From positions 1,644,706 to 1,708,705 of the forward strand of contig NZ_OZ253527.1 in assembly GCF_965262375.1 (NCBI RefSeq): 64,000 bases of DNA, given 5' to 3'. This document shows positions 60,383-64,000 of this stretch, piece after piece (position 1 is the stretch's first letter; each line of letters starts with the position of its first letter). A program made the position numbers and the translations under genes. Origin of the DNA: Flavobacterium sp. GTDB lineage: Bacteria; Bacteroidota; Bacteroidia; Flavobacteriales; Flavobacteriaceae. The notes under the pieces are model-generated. The model saw only the letters and a list, made by a program, of their open reading frames with translations. It made no database searches and was not told the origin of the DNA.

Positions 60383-61387
60383 ATGGATTTAGTTCAGCAA
60401 TTACAACATAAAATAGATACCAAAACAAAACCATTAGGCGCTTTGGGACAATTAGAAGAAATAGCGCTTCAAATTGGAAAAATGTTTACCACGTTAACGC
60501 CTGAAATCAAAATGCCGCACATGTTGGTTTTTGCGGGTGACCATGGAATAGCTAAGGAAGGCGTTAGCGCTTATCCAGCTGAGGTGACGCCACAAATGGT
60601 GTTGAATTTTGTGAATGGAGGTGCTGCTATTAACGTTTTTTCTCGTCAAAATGGATTGGCATTGAAAGTCATTGATGCGGGAGTGAATTTTGATTTCGAT
60701 TCTAATTTGCCTATTCTACATCAAAAAGAGGCGTATGGAACTCAGTCTTTTTTAAAAGGACCTGCGATGACACCCTCACAAATGAAATCGTGTTTTGAAA
60801 AAGGAGGAGCTGTGGTGCAACAAATTTTTGAGGAGGGGTCTAATTGTGTTGGTTTTGGTGAAATGGGAATAGGAAATACCGCTACTTCATCGGTATTGAT
60901 GAGTATTCTAACAGGAATTCCTATCGAAGCTTGTGTGGGGAGTGGTACTGGGGTAGTTCACGAAGCTTTGGAACGAAAAATAGCTATATTAAAAGAAGCC
61001 GTAAATAGTTACAAAGGTGAAGATACTATAGAAGCTAGGTTGGCTTATTTTGGAGGTTTTGAAATTTTTCAAATGGCTGGAGGGATGCTGAAAGCTTTTG
61101 AAAACAAAATGTTAATTTTAGTTGACGGTTTTATTAGCTCGGTAGCATTTTTAGTAGCGCAACATTACCAACCACAAATCAAACAGCAGGCTATTTTTTG
61201 TCATTGTTCGCAAGAAAAAGCACATAAAGCGATACTGAATCAATTGGAAGTAAAAGCTGTTTTAGATTTAGGTTTGCGTTTAGGTGAAGGAACAGGCGTA
61301 GCCTTAGCTTTTCCTCTTATTAAAAGTGCCGTGGCTTTCCTGAATGAAATGGCAAGCTTTGAAGAAGCTGGAGTGAGCGAGAAGTAG
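60383..61387 (+). CDS. cobT: Nicotinate-nucleotide:DMB phosphoribosyltransferase
   Basis: TKPLGALGQLE, FAGDHG, GEMGIGNT and LRLGEGTG motifs. Confidence 0.96.
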   Translation: MDLVQQLQHKIDTKTKPLGALGQLEEIALQIGKMFTTLTPEIKMPHMLVFAGDHGIAKEGVSAYPAEVTPQMVLNFVNGGAAINVFSRQNGLALKVIDAGVNFDFDSNLPILHQKEAYGTQSFLKGPAMTPSQMKSCFEKGGAVVQQIFEEGSNCVGFGEMGIGNTATSSVLMSILTGIPIEACVGSGTGVVHEALERKIAILKEAVNSYKGEDTIEARLAYFGGFEIFQMAGGMLKAFENKMLILVDGFISSVAFLVAQHYQPQIKQQAIFCHCSQEKAHKAILNQLEVKAVLDLGLRLGEGTGVALAFPLIKSAVAFLNEMASFEEAGVSEK

Positions 61388-61615
61388 AATTTAGAACTTA
61401 GAGAATAGATAAAAGAGAATAGATAAAAGAGAATAGATAAAAGAGAATAGATAAAAGAGAATAGAAAATAGAATTTTGACTGTATAATCTTCTCTAGGAA
61501 TTCAAAAGGCTCATAACTCCTAACTCCTAACTCATACCCGACAACTGATAACTGATAACTGATAACCGATAACTGATAACCGATAACTGATAACCGATAA
61601 CTGATAACCGATAAC
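61388..61615. repeat. Compound array: GAGAATAGATAAAA x4, TAACTCC-type x3, AAC(T/C)GAT x10
   Basis: Units at 61401-61456, 61510-61536 and 61543-61612; fills the cobT-cobS spacer. Confidence 0.95.
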
Positions 61616-61626
61616 GAATCACAAAA

Positions 61627-62430
61627 ATGATAAAAAAACAACTAGACATATTTTTTACGGCGATGATGTTTTATACCCGTATTCCGTGTCCAAAACACAT
61701 CAATCATGACCCTACATATTTGAATAAAGCAACGCGTTATTTTCCGTTGATAGGTTGGCTAGTAGGTGCAGTTTCTGGGCTTGTGTTTTTGGGAGCTAAT
61801 TATTTGTTTACGCCTTTCATAGCGGTTGTTTGTAGTTTGATTGCTGGAATTTTGACAACGGGAGCTTTTCATGAAGATGGTTTTGCAGATGTTTGTGATG
61901 GTTTTGGTGGCGGATGGACGAAAGAGAAAATTTTGAAAATCATGAAAGACAGCGCTATTGGAGCTTACGGAGCCATAGGTGTTGTTTTGTTGTTGCTGTG
62001 TAAGTTTTTAGTGATTTTTGAAATCATCAATCGTATTCCTTTTGCTTTTGAAAATAAAATTCTTTTTGTCATGCTGCTGTTTTTAGTCTATCACAGCGTG
62101 AGCCGATGCAATGCGATTTCCTTGTCTTTCACCTTGCCTTATGTACGCGAGGACGAATTGAGCAAAAGCAAACCCATTGCTAAAGCGTATAGTTGGGTGG
62201 AAGTAGCGGGCGCTTTGTTCTTTGGTTTAGTTCCTTTATTGTTATTTAGTTTTTTCTATACGCCATTTTTTCTATTGGTAGTACCTGTGTTGTTTGTGGT
62301 ACGTGCTTATATGGGACGTTTTTTTACCAAATGGATAGGCGGTTATACCGGTGATTGTTTAGGGGCTTTAGAACAAGTGAGCGAAGTAGCTACGTTATTA
62401 ACAATTTTGTCGGTATGCAAGTTTATTTAG
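61627..62430 (+). CDS. cobS: Cobalamin 5'-phosphate synthase
   Basis: FYTRIP, GAFHEDGFADVCDGFGGG, MKDSAIG and GYTGDCLGA motifs. Confidence 0.96.
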   Translation: MIKKQLDIFFTAMMFYTRIPCPKHINHDPTYLNKATRYFPLIGWLVGAVSGLVFLGANYLFTPFIAVVCSLIAGILTTGAFHEDGFADVCDGFGGGWTKEKILKIMKDSAIGAYGAIGVVLLLLCKFLVIFEIINRIPFAFENKILFVMLLFLVYHSVSRCNAISLSFTLPYVREDELSKSKPIAKAYSWVEVAGALFFGLVPLLLFSFFYTPFFLLVVPVLFVVRAYMGRFFTKWIGGYTGDCLGALEQVSEVATLLTILSVCKFI

Positions 62431-62942
62431 TACGTCATACCGAAACCGTTTGTGAAAAAGGAATTTGCTACGGACAAAGTGATGTGGCATTGATGTCAGA
62501 TTTTGAACCAAATTTTATAACTATAAAGAAGCAACTCCCTGAAAAAGCCATTGTTTTTAGTAGTCCATTAATTCGTTGTACACAATTAGCCACGTATTGT
62601 TATCCTGATGATACCCTGATTTTAGAACCTCGTTTGATGGAAATGAATTTTGGCTCATGGGAATTACAAGCATGGAGTAGCATTCCTGAAAATGAGTTAA
62701 ATCCATGGATGGAAGATTTTGTAAAAGTGCCAGTCCCGCAAGGAGAATCTTTTGAAATTTTATACGATAGAGTCGTGGCATTTTGGAATGAAATTCGTTT
62801 GCAGCATAGTGATATACCTATCGTTATCTTTACGCATGCGGGTGTGATTAGAAGTTTGAATTGTCATTTTACCCAACTTCCCCTTCAAGATGCCTTTACA
62901 CTTAAAGTTGATTTTGGAGAAGTAATAACGTATTCCTTTTAA
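62415..62942 (+). CDS. cobC: Alpha-ribazole phosphatase (histidine phosphatase)
   Basis: YLVRHT, SSPLIRC, EMNFGSWE and THAGVIR; follows cobS. Confidence 0.9.
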   Translation: MQVYLVRHTETVCEKGICYGQSDVALMSDFEPNFITIKKQLPEKAIVFSSPLIRCTQLATYCYPDDTLILEPRLMEMNFGSWELQAWSSIPENELNPWMEDFVKVPVPQGESFEILYDRVVAFWNEIRLQHSDIPIVIFTHAGVIRSLNCHFTQLPLQDAFTLKVDFGEVITYSF

Positions 62943-63074
62943 AAATATAGGATTTATTTACTTATATGAATTTTGTGACCGACTCAGTGTTGTGTGGGTT
63001 GTGTTGTTGATTTTTTGTTTTCGTTGTGAATTTAGTGTGTTTTATTGAGGGTATTTGTTAATAATGTGTATTTG

Positions 63075-63105
63075 TTTGCATTTTCTTTAATTCTGCTTAT
63101 TTTTG
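63075..63105 (+). promoter_or_regulatory. Bacteroidota promoter (-33 TTTG / -7 TATTTTTG)
   Basis: TTTG at 63075-63078, 19-bp spacer, TATTTTTG at 63098-63105; just before the riboswitch. Confidence 0.7.
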
Positions 63106-63114
63106 CACTCAAAT

Positions 63115-63400
63115 TTATGGTGTGTTGTTTCTTTTAAGGAACAATGCTTAAAAGGGAATCAGGGATTTTATTGGATTTAGAAATTAACGTTCTAATAGCT
63201 AAAGTCATCAAACTAAAATCATAAGCCTGAGCTGTACCCGCAACTGTAAGCTATCTAGCTTGTAATTATCTACTGCCACTGTTTTAGAAAATTAGAGTGT
63301 AGATTTTAGAATGTCGATTTCAAATCGAATATCAAAAATCAAAAGTCTAAAATTTAAATGGGAAGGCCAATTACAAGACGCAAGCCAGGAGACCTGCCAT
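63115..63400 (+). promoter_or_regulatory. Cobalamin riboswitch
   Basis: AAAGGGAA, CCCGCAACTGTAA, GCCACTG, GGGAAGGC and B12 box GCCAGGAGACCTGCC in the correct order. Confidence 0.93.
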
Positions 63401-63450
63401 TGTAGTATTAATTTAATTGGAATCTTCGGGAGCTAGGATTCACAACAGCT

Positions 63451-64000
63451 ATGCGTTTAAAAAGTTATCTATTTATCTGTTTTATTATTTTTTGTGGGCA
63501 AAGTTCATGGTCGCAAAAAAACACATCTATTTCTCTAAAAGAAGTTGTAATTGCAACGAATCATAATTCTAGTCTTAAAGTTAATCAACAGCAAAAGTTT
63601 AATGACTCAATAATTAATCAGCATCAACCTATATTGAGTGATTTGCTAAAAAACAACACTTTGCTATACTTTAAAGAATACGGACAAGGAATGCTTTCAA
63701 CCGTATCTTTTAGAGGTACAACAGCTTCGCAGACTGCTGTATTATGGAACGGAATTAATATTAATTCACAATTAAACGGAAGTACCGATTTTAATACTAT
63801 TTCTTTAAATGGTATTCAAAATGTTGAGGTAAAGGCTGGTGGAGGAAGTGTATTGTATGGGAGTGGAGCAATAGGAGGTACGGTGCATTTGAATAATCAG
63901 CTTGTTTATGGTGGAAAGAATCGATATGAAATTGGTTTATCTGCGGGATCTTTTGATACTTACAGTGGGAAATTTTCAGCATCGGTTCCGGGGGTAAAGA
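63451..64000 (+). CDS. btuB: TonB-dependent receptor, probable B12/cobinamide importer (3'-truncated by window)
   Basis: Hand translation gives a signal peptide and plug domain YFKEYGQGMLSTVSFRGTTASQTAVLWNGININSQLNG; downstream of the riboswitch. Confidence 0.85.
   Translation, partial: MRLKSYLFICFIIFCGQSSWSQKNTSISLKEVVIATNHNSSLKVNQQQKFNDSIINQHQPILSDLLKNNTLLYFKEYGQGMLSTVSFRGTTASQTAVLWNGININSQLNGSTDFNTISLNGIQNVEVKAGGGSVLYGSGAIGGTVHLNNQLVYGGKNRYEIGLSAGSFDTYSGKFSASVPGVK

Noticed and set aside
61240-61641. 133 aa minus-strand ORF with SVISYQL-type repeats
   Set aside because: It is a translation of the heptamer arrays and is antisense to cobT and cobS.
24355-62414. ORF-track upstream starts for aspA, 30742-31281, 40199, ClC, YceI and cobC
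   Set aside because: The extensions run through terminators or neighbouring genes. Downstream ATGs give typical N-termini or coupled start/stop overlaps.
220-63982. Numerous 60-137 aa ORFs overlapping long genes (e.g. 3487-3900, 14792-15145, 32402-32704)
   Set aside because: They are shadow frames of well-supported genes and have no recognisable motifs.

Overview
AT-rich Bacteroidota (Flavobacterium-like) chromosomal segment, judged from gene content and recurring TAnnTTTG promoter boxes. Most of it is housekeeping: recQ, fmt, HU, tRNA-Met, zapA-6S-rny, rpmE, aspA, mtaB, rpmH, carB, nhaA and rmuC. The right end holds a cobinamide salvage and B12 uptake cluster (BtuFCD-like ABC, cobU, a Dph6-like ATPase, cobT/S/C, cobalamin riboswitch, btuB-like receptor). 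Main observations: (1) a ~7.2 kb integrase-free island bracketed by a ~390 bp direct repeat of the carB 3' end, its terminator and the neighbouring gene's 3' end. The two carB copies differ almost only at synonymous sites and the terminator loop is inverted, suggesting allele-swapping homologous integration. (2) An IS1595 truncates the island's LytTR regulator. (3) An IS256 sits in a terminator with an unusually long 18/19 bp direct repeat. (4) A cytochrome c lipoprotein/YceI/DUF5777-like barrel module of unknown function. (5) Many 7/14-bp intergenic arrays, a Flavo-1-like element and an ORF6N pseudogene. All family assignments come from motif recognition and recall, not from database searches.
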